A stretch of DNA of 64,000 bases from Octopus vulgaris. Its lineage: Eukaryota. Position numbers and translations under genes: made by a program. Under the pieces are notes generated by a model, which did no database searches, was not told the origin of the DNA, and was given only the letters and a program-made list of their open reading frames with translations. The DNA is taken from positions 54,870,001-54,934,000 of the forward strand of contig OX597821.1 in NCBI GenBank assembly GCA_951406725.2, in the 5' to 3' direction. Numbering within the stretch: the stretch's first letter is position 1; each line of letters opens with the position of its first letter. Positions 29,718-43,569 of the stretch are shown in pieces.

Positions 29718-30726
29718 ATATACACATATATACATACATATATATGCAACAGTGTATTGCATTCATTCCCAACTAGCCAGGTTAAAATTTCAAGATATAG
29801 CACTATTTTTAGCAGCACTAATACTACACACAAGAATAATTTTGTTTGAGCTTATACTCTATTCGGATGACATCAAAGATACAGTTAAATCTGACCTTGA
29901 TGAAGTAGCACCGGAAATTAACACCAAGATGGACAATTTGCAGTGTGCACCAGTTTGCAGCAGAAACATGTGTTGGTTCAAACAAAGAAAGATGTGGTTA
30001 GCAGTATAATAAAACCTGGATGTGTAAAACTCCATTTTCCTGATATTTAATAATATGTCTCTCCCTCTCTCTTCCTCATTCTTCATTCTTTCTGGTTTTC
30101 TCTACAACCATTCCCTTTTTTCTCTCTCTTTCTCTTGCTCCTTCCCCTCCCTCCCGTTGTTGACCCGCGATGAGAGCTCTGCTACTGTCTTTCTGACCTG
30201 GCTTCCTTCAAGTGTGGATGGCTTTCCTGTCTCTCTCTTGCCATTCTCAAAAGCGTTCATAATATTTTTTCCTTTTTCATTCTGGCTTAACAGCTCTCGA
30301 TATCTGTATTACTGTTATTCTCCTTGTCCTATCCTTTACTGTTTATATTTTGTACTGTCTTTACTGTCCTGTTTTTGTTACCATTTTTACCCCTCTGCAA
30401 AAAAATCTCAATTTTATTTAATTTGCTTTTCGCGGGAAGGAATGTTTCATTAAAGACGTATCTCGCCTTGACCTTCGAAACGCGGAGTAGAGGAAACAAA
30501 GGCGACTGAAGAAGGGGAATTTTCCTTGTATTGTATGTCCTGTACTCTATTTTTTCGTTGTTTAAGAAAAATGTCCATTTCCTTGGTTTTGTGTTTAGGT
30601 TTTCGTTTCTCATTGTGTTCGACGTTCTTTTGGTGTCCTGTACCCATATATGCATGTATATATACATGTAGATGTAGGTACGTACATATATGTATATATG
30701 CATATGTTTTATTTTATTTATTAATT

Positions 30727-30783
<57 letters not shown>

Positions 30784-31180
30784 AAGAAAGAGAGAGAGAG
30801 AGAGAGATAGACAGATATAACTTTCAGATTTGGTATTTATGCATAAGAATTAGTTACAAAATTTGCATTCAGTTTATATGTTAAACTCTGAAATTTCATA
30901 ACTTTAATGCAGTGCCATATGGATTGTTGCATGGATTTTGATACTAGTTATAGCAAATGCTGAGAGCAAAATACATTGGAAAAAAACAATAATAAAACAG
31001 AAAGCAAATAATATGGTTGACACATCGAAAATTTCATTGCCTACAACTGTTTTGATAAGTAACAAAAATCTTCACAATTATATATTTATTAAGCACACAT
31101 TCGTAGAGGATATGAGAATTATCTTTCCTAGATATTTCTCTAAGTATGAAATCCAAACCACACTTGCTAAATATGTGTAT

Positions 31181-31252
<72 letters not shown>

Positions 31253-32217
31253 AGATAACTGCTGGGATAATGAATACAGGAAGGTATAAAAATATTTGGA
31301 AATGAATATGATATAGAGAGGAAGAAGAATGTAAACAAACAGGTTTAAAAATCAAGAATAAAAGAGAAAGTAATAAAACTGTAGATAATATCAATAGTAA
31401 TAACACTGTTAATAAAACCACATAGCTACAGTGATTTGTAGTTTCCTTAGGTGAAGTAGAATCATAGATCAATGCCCCCTAAACCATACTGACAGTATAG
31501 AACAGCAGGTGAAGTGTCTCAACTTGAGGTGAAATATAAAAGAGAAACCATATATATGAAAATGTATAAAAACATGGGAAATTCTGCAGGAAAACATCCA
31601 TGAATGAGGTCATATATATAACAGTATGCTTATGTGTATATAAACATGCAATTATAGGCATATCAACGAAGTTACCTAAGTATATATGCACAAAAATCAT
31701 AGACCTAGGTAAATATATGCATTTGTGTATACACACATAAAATATACATATTTGTGTGTGTGTGTGTGCATGCACGTACATGTGTTTGTGTGTGTGTTTG
31801 TGTGTGCATATGTGTATTGTGTATGTATGCAAATATGTATATATTTATACATATTGCTACTCATTGCTACTCACACAGTGGTTCATCAATGGACATTTAT
31901 TAGATTTATTTGCATTTGTAGCTCTGCTGACTTCATTTTCTAACACCATTACCAAGAAAATCTGCCCACCACGACAACATTTATATCCTAAAATCGAAGT
32001 GCCATGTAAAAAGCACTGATGATGGTTCCATGTAAGAAGCACCTAATTCACTTTGTGAAGCTACTGGCATTAGGAAAGGCATCCCACTGCAGAAACCAAA
32101 CTAAAACAGACTATGGAACATGGTGTAGCCTTTGGCCTTGCCAGTTCTTGTCAAACAATCCAACCTATGCTAGCATGGAAAGCAGGTGTAAAGTATATTC
32201 ATACTCTCAGGCATAAA

Positions 32218-32261
<44 letters not shown>

Positions 32262-32262
32262 T

Positions 32263-32375
32263 ATCACTTTGATCACTTCACTTTGACCGACCAGTCCGTC
32301 AGGCATCCATTTGACACCGCTGGTCACAGCACGCTGTCCACTCCTCTCTGGATCACGCCTTTCTCATCCACGTGA
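32263..32375 (-). mobile_element. Short RTE-like LINE 3' end with a GATCAAAGT-type repeat tail
   Basis: Minus strand reads ..SREEWTACCDQRCQMDA*..GTCAAAGTGAAGTGATCAAAGTGAT. Confidence 0.55.
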
Positions 32376-32484
32376 TCCCAATATAATCCAAATATGAAAA
32401 CACAAAGAGAAAACACAACAACGGGAGGAAGTAGAACAAGTATAGTGTTATTGGACGCTCAGGAAAGGAAAGAAAGAAGGAGGA

Positions 32485-32517
32485 TTTAACGTTTCGAGTG
32501 GAGCTCTTCATCAGAAA
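32485..32517 (-). ncRNA. Candidate minimal type-I hammerhead ribozyme (Penelope-associated type)
   Basis: TTT-CTGATGA-A-GAG-CTCCA-CTC-GAAA-CGTT-AAA: intact core, 3-bp stem II, palindromic AACGTT stem III, short stem I. Confidence 0.6.
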
Positions 32518-32794
32518 CATAGGAAAAGGAAAGATCCAAGGAAAGGAAGACAGAAGAAAATAAGCGCCAACGATACACACGTGGTCATACATACATACAT
32601 ACATACATATACACACACATGTACTTACGTGATTATATGCATAAAGATATATACATCCATACAAATACAAACATGCACGCACAAAAACGTGTTCATGTAC
32701 ACACACACAAAAACGTGTTCATGTACACACACACACACATCCGTCCAGTCCATGCCAGTATGGAAAACAGACATTAAATGATGCTGATGATGAT

Positions 32795-32859
<65 letters not shown>

Positions 32860-34012
32860 TCAATTAGGCTTGATATATATAAATAGTCCTCAATAAAGAC
32901 TTTTGAGTTCCGTTTCTAATCATTTCAACACTACTGCAAGTTTTCTATATTGAGCATCTCTAGATCTCACATATTGTCTGTGTAAATGTAGGCATGTGTG
33001 TGTATGCGTGTGTGTGTGTGTGTGTGTGTGTGTATCTCCATTGTTGTCTGAAAGTACAGTTATTCCAGTTCAGATAGTTACACAAGGTAGTAAATATCAA
33101 TAGACACATTAAAACAACTTTAAAACAAGAACCCCTGCTGATATCTGGTCCAGTTATGGTCATAAATACAACAATATCATCGTAAATTATAGAGATGTCT
33201 ATAGAATAAAACAGAGATGAGGAAGAGTATTACACATCATAAGTTGTATCAAAATTTTATCACATCATACCACTAGTGTTATTATTAGCTATGGGTGGAT
33301 TTGTGAAGTGTCCCCAGCAGATGCCTATAGTTATGTTGATATAGTTAGATATAGTTAACATAGACAATAGATAAATTGCCCCCCGCCAACACATATGTTA
33401 TTATGTAATGTTTTTATTACTTTCAATAATAAATTTATGATTAGTTTGCATTATGTAATGGCCAAATACCCAACAAAATTTGTTTCGAATTGTTTATACA
33501 TCTATATCTACAGGTGTGAGCTTATATATGTGCGTGAGTGTAAAATATAAATATTTGTGCATGTGTCTTATATATATATATATATGCGTGTGTGTATGAA
33601 TACATATATATATATATGTGTGTGTGTGTGGTATATATATTCATATTTATATATACATGTATATCTATGTATGAGTGCATGTATATAAATTAGCAATGCC
33701 CCAGCATGGTCACAGCCTCTAGATGAGATATCTATGTGAGGAGTATAAATATGTGTGTGTGGATATGTTTATATATGTGTATGCATCCTTATGTACGTGT
33801 ATTTATTTCTATCCATATTTCTATGCTTGTAATTTAGTATCTTAATACAAGTATATTTGTGTGTACATTTGCACATATATATATATATATACATACATTA
33901 TGTACATATTATATGTGTGTATGAGTACATATATATATATATATAGTTGTACTTATGTGTTATGTCTATACGCTAATGTGTATGCATGTGTGTATGTGTG
34001 TGCAGTGGGGGT

Positions 34013-34087
34013 ATATATATATATATAATATATAATATATATAATATATATATATAATATGTAATAATTATAATATATGTATATATA

Positions 34088-34166
<79 letters not shown>

Positions 34167-34168
34167 TA

Positions 34169-34249
<81 letters not shown>

Positions 34250-34256
34250 TATATAA
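34013..34256. repeat. Long (TA)n microsatellite tract, representative of dozens of (TA)n, (CA)n, (GA)n, (AAT)n and (CAT)n tracts in the window
   Basis: Directly visible; other examples are (AAT)n 9349-9420, (GA)n 31183-31249 and (GA)n 32799-32856. Confidence 0.95.
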
Positions 34257-34814
34257 TGTGCATGAGTATATATACATATATACTCATGTAGTCATGCACA
34301 TTAGCATATAGAAAATGTATGTATTACCATACTTACTCTTGATTTCCAGCAGGACTTTCTACACTTTTATTTGTATGTTTTATTCTATGTATTTTGCCTT
34401 AGGCCTGACACACGTCACCTGCTGCTAAGTGCTGTCACATATGGCTATGTGAACATTAATCCAAGACCACCTCCTCAAATAACAGACTTGCAAAACTTCG
34501 TATGCCTGTGTGCTTAGTTTTATTACCAGTTTTATTACTGCTTTTAGCTGTATTTTATTTTTATTACTATCATTTTTGTTGTATTCATTATTATTATCTT
34601 CATTATTATTATTATCATTATTATCGTTGCCAGTACCACCAAACTGGCCCTCGTGCTGGTGGCACGTAAAAGCACCCACTACATTCTTGGAGTGGTTGGC
34701 ATTAGGAAGGACATCCAGCTGTAGAAACTCTGCCAGATCAGATTGGAGTCTGGTTTGCCAGACCTCAGCCAAATCGTCCAACCCATGCTAGCATGGAAAG
34801 CGAGACGTTAAATG

Positions 34815-34870
<56 letters not shown>

Positions 34871-35657
34871 TAAGGCTGCATGTTGGCAGAATCTTTCGCA
34901 TGCTTGGCAAAACGTTTAGCACTATTTCATCTGTTTTTATGTTCTGAGTTCAAATTTCACTATGGTCGGCTTTTGCCTTTCATCCTTTCAGTGTTGATAA
35001 ATTAAACACCAATAAAGTACTGGGGTCGATTTGATCAACTTACTCACTCCCACAAAATTTCAGACCTTGTGCCAATAGTAGAAAGGATTATTATTATCAT
35101 TATCATCATTATTATATATTCTTTTACTTGTTTCAGTCATTTTGACTGTAGCCATGCTGGAGCACCCCCTTTTCGTCAAAGAAATTGACCTCTGGATTTA
35201 TTCTTTCTAAGCCTGATACTTATTCTATTGGTCTCATTTGTCAAACTTCTAAGTAATGAGAACATAAAAACACCAACATTGGTTGTCAAGCAATGGTGGT
35301 GAGGACAAGCACAGACACAAACACACATTTATATACATACATACATATGTACATACACACACACATACACAAATGAAACAAAGACGCAATAGAAGACAAA
35401 AAAACATTTGGACAGATAGACAATGCAAAGGCTGACAAGAGAAACAACAATTAGAATAATAGTATATATATATATATACATATACGACGGACTTCTTTCA
35501 GTTTCTGTCTACCAAATCCACTCACAAAGTTTTGGTTGGCTGAAGACTACAGTAGAACACACTTGCCCAAGGTGCCACACAGTGGGACTGAACTTGGAAC
35601 CATGTGATTGAGAAGCAAGCTACCTACCACACATCCATGCCTGTGCCTATATATAGA

Positions 35658-36905
35658 CAGGGTGTGTTGAATAAATTGCCACCATTATATACTTTTAATT
35701 TCAGACATGCACATTGTTTGCTTTTGATTTTGTCGACTGCACAGTATAGCAGGGTCAGTTGGGCACTGTCTGTGAGAAAAACAGCACCATGATGCAATTT
35801 ACTCTGCCAGAAATTTGGAAATGACATACTGTACTGCTTGGCTTTCGTGCTGGAAGCTCCAATACAAACATTTCAGAATGTTTGAGTGTCAATCTGTGAA
35901 GAGTGCAATCTGAGGACATGTATCAAGAGTGATAAAAATCAAACATTCAGTCAACATCATGCTGTTTGAAGTGATCGCTAGTGATGGTGACATTGTGCCT
36001 CCATTCCTCTTCCCAAATGACCTCAGACTCAACACGGAGGACTACATCAAGAGCCTGGAGGGAGTATTGCTACCCTGGGTGAAGAGGGTGGCTGCTGGAA
36101 GAGCCTATGTCTAGCAACAGGACTTTGTACCATGTCACAGAAGCAGGCAAACCCAGTCATGACTGTCAGACAATTGCTGGCCAACTAACTTTCCAGACTA
36201 CAACCCCCTTTATTATTACGTGTAGGGTGCAGTTGAGCTAGAGACCAACAAATCTCTTTGTAACACCAAAGATGAACTGAAGGCAAGGATTATGACAGCT
36301 TTCACCAACTTAAACAAGGAGGCCGTCCAGGAGAGTTGCAGAGGATTCCGAAGTCATCTGGAGGCTATGGTTAAAGCCAATGGCGATTTTATTGAATAAA
36401 TTTACTCTAGTAAATTCAAAACATTTTTATGTAATTTTGGTAAATATCTCTATATATATAAATGGCAAAATGTATGTGTGTGTGTGTGAGTGTGCGTGCA
36501 TGTGTCCTTTATACAAATCCACAATTTTTCAATTAGAGGGCTTGCACTTTCTATGGTCATTCAAAACCGTCCAAGGGTGGTCGTGCACATCTTTACATTT
36601 CCCCAGTCACCCTGCAAAGCCATTAAAAAATCAATAGAAGTGACTTTTTTGTGAATTTTCTAACCAAAACCCAATCAAAATACCCGAAACCTGATACGCC
36701 AATTGAATGCCAGCTAGCTGTATGTGATTGGTTGGAGATTTGGACAGTACTCACGAGTATGTATGCACACATGCAGCTGTATATGCATGCACTAGAACTA
36801 TGACCCGGCGTTGCTGGGTCATAGTGCTAGTATCTGTTAAAATAGGATGTCCGTGTTATTTTCATTTCTGCGTAATTTAGATGACAGTTTATTCACAGCA
36901 CCGTG
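35658..36905 (+). mobile_element. Decayed, internally deleted Tc1/mariner-superfamily transposon (maT/DD37D-like)
   Basis: Imperfect TIRs CAGGGTGTGTTGAATAAATTGCCA / TGACAGTTTATTCACAGCACCGTG|TA. Broken frame IASDGDIVPPFLF...LLPWVKRVAAGRAYV*QQD...WPTNFPDYNPLYYYV*GAVE...KANGDFIE*. Confidence 0.85.
36447..36830 (+). mobile_element. Non-autonomous Helitron (~384 bp) nested in a Tc1/mariner remnant
   Basis: A|TCTCTATATATATAAATGGC start resembles the autonomous 5' end; it ends GACCCGGCGTTGCTGGGTC-ATAGTG-CTAG|T. Removing it restores the transposon subterminal sequence TAAATA|TATCTG. Confidence 0.85.
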
Positions 36906-37510
36906 TATATATGTATTTTACTTATTTCAGCCATTAGGCTGCAGCCATACTGCCATACGGCTTGGAAGGTTTAGTCAGTCAAATCTAAGCCCAGCCCTTT
37001 TTTCTTTTTCAAATCTGGTACTCATTCTACCACTCTCTTTTGCCAAACTGCTATGTTACTTAAACATAATTAAACCAACACCAGTTGCTAAGAGGTGAGT
37101 GAACAAACAAAAGAGACACTTAAACACACACACATTTTCAATGAGTTCCTACACATTCATTCTCTAGGCATTGATTGCAGTGAATCCAGAATCACATGGT
37201 TGCATAGTGAACTTCTTAACCACACATTCATGTCTGCACTTATTGATTTTTAAACTATTTATTTATCTATAATTTACTCTTCTCTAAATCATTATCTTTA
37301 TCTTAGTATATCTTTATATCATCCTGCAGTAACTGTCTCACTTTTCACACCCACTTCCTTTCCTCACTTGTTTTATTTTCTTTTATATTTTCATTTGTTT
37401 TTATATTTTAGTCTACATAGGACAACAGTTGTTGGAATTTCATATTTCAAAAATCTTCTTGGATCTCTCTCTTTCTCATCCTATGTAGTTATGTTGTTAA
37501 TTATATAATT

Positions 37511-37820
37511 GTGAAGTTGCATGGCTCAGTGGTTAGAGAGTTGGGCTCATAATCATGAGACTGGGTTGTCTGTTGTGTTCTCGTGAAAGACATTTTATTT
37601 CACATTGCTCCAGTTCACTCATCTGCAGAAATGAGTTGTGTCAAGCCGTATTAGCCTTTGCCTTTCCCTTGGATAACATCGGTGGCCTGGAGAGAGGAGG
37701 CTGGTATGTATGGGCGATTGCTGATCTTCCATAAATAACCTTGCCCAGATTTGTGCCTCAGAGAGGAACTTTCTAGGTGAAGTCCCATAACCATTGATGA
37801 CTAAAAGGGGTCTTTACCCT
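37511..37820 (+). mobile_element. tRNA-derived SINE (family C); second copy at ~51190-51530 on the minus strand
   Basis: TGGCTCAGTGGTTAGAG A box; the body (CCAGTTCACTC..GAAATGAGTTG..CCCTTGGATAACATCGGTGGC) matches the reverse complement of 51190-51530. Confidence 0.8.
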
Positions 37821-39413
37821 GAAGATGGTGAACTGGTAGAACTGTTAGCATGCTGAGCAAAATACTTAGCTGCATTTCATCAATCTTAACATTCTGAGTT
37901 CAAATTCTGCTGAGGTCGAATTTGCTTTTCACACTTTTGGGGTCAATATAAGTACCAGTTGAGCACTGGGGTCAATGTAATCAATTTAACCACCCTTCTT
38001 GAAATTGCTGGCCTTGTGCCAAAATTGGAAACCAATAGTTATATAATTGTGAAGTTAGTGTAACCTTGTAAAAGATGAAATTTTTGAAATATCTATGATA
38101 TTGTTAGTCTTCTATTTTCCAGATGCAATGTGTGTGTGTGCTTGTGTGTGTGTGTTGTGTGTGTGCATGCGTGTATGCATTGCAAAAGGAAGAATTTTCA
38201 CTTGTGTAAATTTAAATTAGAACCAGAAAGAGAAAATGTTTTAAGGATTTGTAATGGAAAAGTGTATATGCATGCATTTGAAAATACTTATAGCAAAATA
38301 CGGATTACTTTTTAATGCCATAAAAAATAATGCTGCTGCTACTACTACTGTGGCTGCTACTCTCACTAATGCTGCAACTTCTGCTTCTGAGGTTGATACT
38401 ACCACTGCTACTTCAATTATCACAGTCACTATCATTACAGCTATTATCCCTTCCCCACTATTATACATCGCACCTTAATATCAACACTGCCAATAAGGAA
38501 TAACAGACGACCACCACTACTACTTTTATATTCACAACAGTCATCAGAGTGAAAACAATTGCCATGTAAATTTATTAAAGAAAATTAAGTGAACTTTCAA
38601 AACTGTTATCATGAAAGATTGATTCAAATTCAATTCATCCCCATCCCTTTCTTTTAGCATGACTATATTGCCTTAAAATTGAAATCGGTAACATCTTTTA
38701 ATTTAAAAAAAAAAATTCCATCCACTATTTTCTTGATATATGTAAAAATGATCATACACACACACATACTGGAACAAATGGGCACAACAAAAAGTGAATA
38801 GGGAGTTGATTGGTAGAATTGTTAGAGAGCAAACAAAATGCTATATTTTAAGTTTATATTTGCTGATTTTAAATTTGCCATTCATTCTCCTGATGTCAAT
38901 GAAATAAAGTACCAGTCAATACTAGAAACAATTTAAGAGTAACTCCTCATCCAAAATATTTCTGGCCTTATACCTATGTTACTGAGTGTTCATTAATTCA
39001 GATACTTGTGATGCAATGGGCAAGATAACCTTAATTAGTAAACTTGTATCAAGAGGAGGGAAATAGTGTTGAACAATGATTAAATCATTCAAATAAATTT
39101 AAAGGCAGCTCAAAATGGAAAAAAATACTTTTTTTAAAAAAATATGTTGAGTTGTCATACCAAAGTCACACTTCATTAAAATTATGAACAAACAATGCTG
39201 TCATGAGAAGAATAATCCAATCCCCACTTGTGAGGATTGTGCCAGATATGTATTATGGACCTCCTCAGTAAAGAATAACGCTAGGGAACAATTTTGAACA
39301 GAATCTCTGTTGAGTTTGCTTTTCCACTTGATTTAGATTAAAACTGACATATAGATTTCAAAATTATAGGCAGTTTTTTTCTGTCATGTCAAGATCCTTT
39401 TCTACAACATACT

Positions 39414-41207
39414 CACTGAATAAGCACAGTTGTATTGTTTGTTTGTAAGTAATAGTGCTGGTCAGCTGCTTCATTATCTTATTGATAAAAATGAGAATAT
39501 TTTTGAAAAAGTTATAGTTGTCTTACTTTTTATAATTAGTCCAATCTAAATTGATGATGCTGGGTTCAGAAATGCCTTCAGAAACTTTCTATTATGTCAA
39601 GTTTTCTTGTTAAACAGGAATTCATTTTTTACCAAAAAATTTCAATTTTGCCATTAAATGTAATACTGAAATAAAAAGCTAACACAAACCAAATAGTACT
39701 TTTTATTGTTTAACAGATATATACACAAAATGTTTCGTTACACATCTTAGGACCGATACTTCTGTCAAACTGAAGTTTCAGCTACACAAGAAGTGAACTT
39801 ATGCTTTGCTGGTTTGCATGAATAATTTGCACTATGACACTCACTTTGCCAAGACCAGCAGTAGTCAGCCATCATGTTTGTGTTCTCCCTGCCTTGATAC
39901 CAAGTCTCCATGGTCTTGATGTCTTGGTGGAATCTTTATCCTTGCTCATCATTTACTGCATTATGATTTTCAGAGAAGTAGTCCAGATGAATGTGCTAGA
40001 AATGCACTTTTACACTCATGCTGCAGTTCTCAAAACCCGGTGATCAGGGTCTGCACACATTCTTCATGGTTTGATAACTTTCTATTTCCCAGAAAATCAA
40101 ATGCATCTGCAGCAAAAGTATTCCATCCTTCTTTTACAATACCAGACAAGGACTCCAAAACCTGTTCATCCTATGATAGCCACCTAATCTGTAGCCTGTC
40201 AAACACACCAATCTTAATTTTCTCACAAGACAAAGCTGTCTCAGTGTTTCAACTCATGTTTTACACATGATATGGTGTGCCTAGTTTTACACATTATATG
40301 GTGTCACCCAGTTTCATACCAAAGTAGGTAAGGTAAACTTTCTTCAAAATATCTGTGATTTTATTTCAATGCCTGGGTACAGTGTAATATGCACAAATAC
40401 AGCAAAAGACATCAGGGCTGATTTGTATTTTCTCCTCTCACAACTGACCATATTTCTGAAATACAAAACATATATTCAAGCCAGTTGTCACTTTGGAAAA
40501 TCGTTTTCAGAATTGTCAACAGTTATAAAGTAAGCAAATGCAGATTTGTGACAGCAAAGTTCCATAAAGAACATACATATCATGAAGTTCTTTCTACAGC
40601 TCTTTGACTATGCATGACAAAAAGTGACCTTGACCCACATGACTTCACAATTAAAATATTACGGCTGCATTCAAAATACCAAGGTAAGAAATAGCTAAAA
40701 GTTCAACAAAGCATGTTTCACCTGGTTTGCAATGACAGTCACACTAATTCAAGTAGAGTATGGGCATATCTGCAGACAAATTCTACAAATATGAGACATG
40801 TATGATGTTTTGAAGCACAGAAGTATGTTATTTATTAACATCTAATTGTATAAAGGACATTTCTGTCATCATCATGACATTTTAAACTGGTTAAATTGAA
40901 AAGTAAGTTGCTTAAGTTTGATGCTTTTTATTTCTTAAATGATGAATTTTGTTTTTATTTTTGTAGTTTCACTTACTCCAAGTCATACTGAAAAACTATG
41001 TTATGTCATGCTCCATACATGGGTCTGCATTTAATGAGGCCAAATCTATCTTTAGAAATGGTGACAACACCGGAAATGTTGGAAAATGAACATTTGAATT
41101 TGTGAAAAATCTTGACGTGATAGAGCAAAATGGATTTCATTTTTGAAATCAAAATTAGTAGGAAACCTGTCTCCAACACCAGACAACAGAAACCACATTC
41201 TCCAATG
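39414..41207 (-). mobile_element. Decayed Chapaev3-like (CMC superfamily) DNA transposon, internally deleted
   Basis: Minus-strand pieces PDVFCCICAYYT..KKVYLTYFGMKLGD (N-terminal) and MSVKVHF*HIHLDYFSENHNAVNDEQG*RFHQDIKTMETWYQGR..MMADYCWS (C-terminal). Possible termini CACTG / CAATG, and mirrored subterminal motifs near 39560-39606 and 41105-41150. The family name comes from recalled motifs. Confidence 0.7.
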
Positions 41208-42543
41208 TAAACATTCACATGTCTGACAGATATACAAGAATACTGAAATGTGATTCTAATCAAGCAAACATATAAATCTGATATTTGCATCTGCTGTATG
41301 TTTAAAGACAACAAACAGGCATGGCTGTGTTTAAAAAGTTTGTTTTGCAACCACATTGTTTTAGATTCTACTATGACCCTAGGCCCAACCAGTGCCTTAT
41401 GAGTGAATTTGGTAAAGTAGGCAGAAATTGTACAAACCCTATAGTATACACATAGATGTGTGTGTATATGTGTGTGTGAGAAAGAGGGAGAGAGAGAGAG
41501 AAGGAAAGTGTTTGCATGTGATGGTTTGCATTTATACATGTGCTTCTCTGAAACTTACTGGTTTACAAGTAGTAACATTCATCAATTTACAGGGATGTGC
41601 AAATTAGTGAAGTAGCCGAGGGACTGGATAAGGCAAATGGTTAAGTAAGTTCAATTTTGTGATTGCAAAAGGAGAGTGGAAAATAGAGGGGTATGTAGTG
41701 AATGGACACAGGTTGAGGGAAGGGTTGCTGAAAGAATATGTTGTGGGGAAAGATTGACAGGGACATAGGTGCACTGGTAGGTTTGTGAGGGAGAGGAATA
41801 CAGCAAATGGTGAGCATGAGTGGATGGAGGTGTTAGAAAGATGGGATGTGGTGGAGGGTTTGTCAAGGATAGATTGTGTGCAAGGGCATAGACATAATGG
41901 CTTTATGGCCACAATTTTACAGTAATTCACCAAGCATCATGATTCTTTGTTATTTTCTCAGTAGGGCTCAACATCCTAAATCATTTTACTCCACTTTGTC
42001 CCATATCTTCGCAGGACATGTACCCCAAACATACAAATTTTCAAACAAACATACATGTGAACATACACTGTGTGACTCTCCAGCTTGCCAGTTCTAATCA
42101 AACTGTCTCACAAGATGCCAGCATAAAAAGCAGACGGTAAAGGATAATGATGATGATTATGATGATGTATACATACAAACATATATATATATATAAATAC
42201 ACACACACTTACAAGTATACCATATGTATAAAAACACACACACCTACATAGAGTTATATATATATATGAACATATATATATATTTATATATATGTAAAAT
42301 TTAAATATAGAAGTATCATTGTCGTTATTAATAGTATCGATAAGATAATAAGGTAGCTAGCAACTTCACGCCATTATAGGCACAATATAAGGTAAATTTA
42401 GATTCAGTAGAGCATATAATGCCACTTGCTAAAATCAGAGCCAATGCTCCAAAAACCACCATAAACTCACGATAAAGACACACATGAGCAATGCAATGAA
42501 CATATGAGAAATAGGTTTACTTTGCATTCAATACACCAGTAAG

Positions 42544-42599
<56 letters not shown>

Positions 42600-43512
42600 G
42601 TATATATATATATATATATTTATTTGTTTATATACATATATACATATATATTTACACACACACATACATACACTTACAAAGATACATACATACATATAAA
42701 CATGTGTTCATTTTCATATATCATTATGATAGTGAAAATGTAGAAAATTATAACTTATAGTATAGTTTATATACATAAAGTATAAAGGGCAATAGGCAGG
42801 CATATTTACGAGAATAATGTACCTACTAATTAACAAGAACAGAAGCTGAAGGCGAATATGTCCATTCAGAAATCAAAGTAATATCCAAGGTTTGGATTTC
42901 TAATCTTTGCTTAACAGAACATTGCTATTTGTTTCCTTTAAAATGAGCCAATCAAAGTAAGTTGTCGAACAATAATTGCCTCTGCCAAAGTGTTAGGAGA
43001 TCTTAATGTCTTTTCACAAATTTATTATACAAAGCCAAAGGGAAATATTATCAATCTCACAAGTTCCTATGCCATCAAATATTATCGATAATTTTATTGT
43101 CTGCTATATTTGTGTATTATTTCATGAAAATGTGATTCAAACTTCATTTTTATTTGCCATTCTTACTATTGTTCTAGAAAATATTGGGAACCAGTAAACT
43201 TACAACATCACCATTGATGGATATCTTCATGATATTATCAGATATCTTTCCTTACAACAGTTCAACTTTCCTTAGAATTTCTTCTGAGATTTGGCTCTTT
43301 GATCTGTACTTCATTCATTACTATTGGGAATATATTCTCCAAGTTAGAATAAGCATGCCTATGTGGTAAGAAGTTTACTTCCCATCCACATAGTTCTGGG
43401 TTCAGTCCCACTGTGAGGTACCCTGGGTAAGGTGTAGCTATTGGTCAATCAAAGCCTTGTGAGTGGATTTGGAAGACAGAAACTGAACGAACCCCATTGT
43501 ATACATGTGTGT

Positions 43513-43569
<57 letters not shown>

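Noticed and set aside
38254-38478. Thr/Ala-rich mucin-like ORF
   Set aside because: Derived from decayed (GCT/ACT)n trinucleotide repeats.
41006-41539. 177-aa minus-strand ORF
   Set aside because: It runs across a microsatellite, a SINE head and a transposon subterminal region; a chance open frame.
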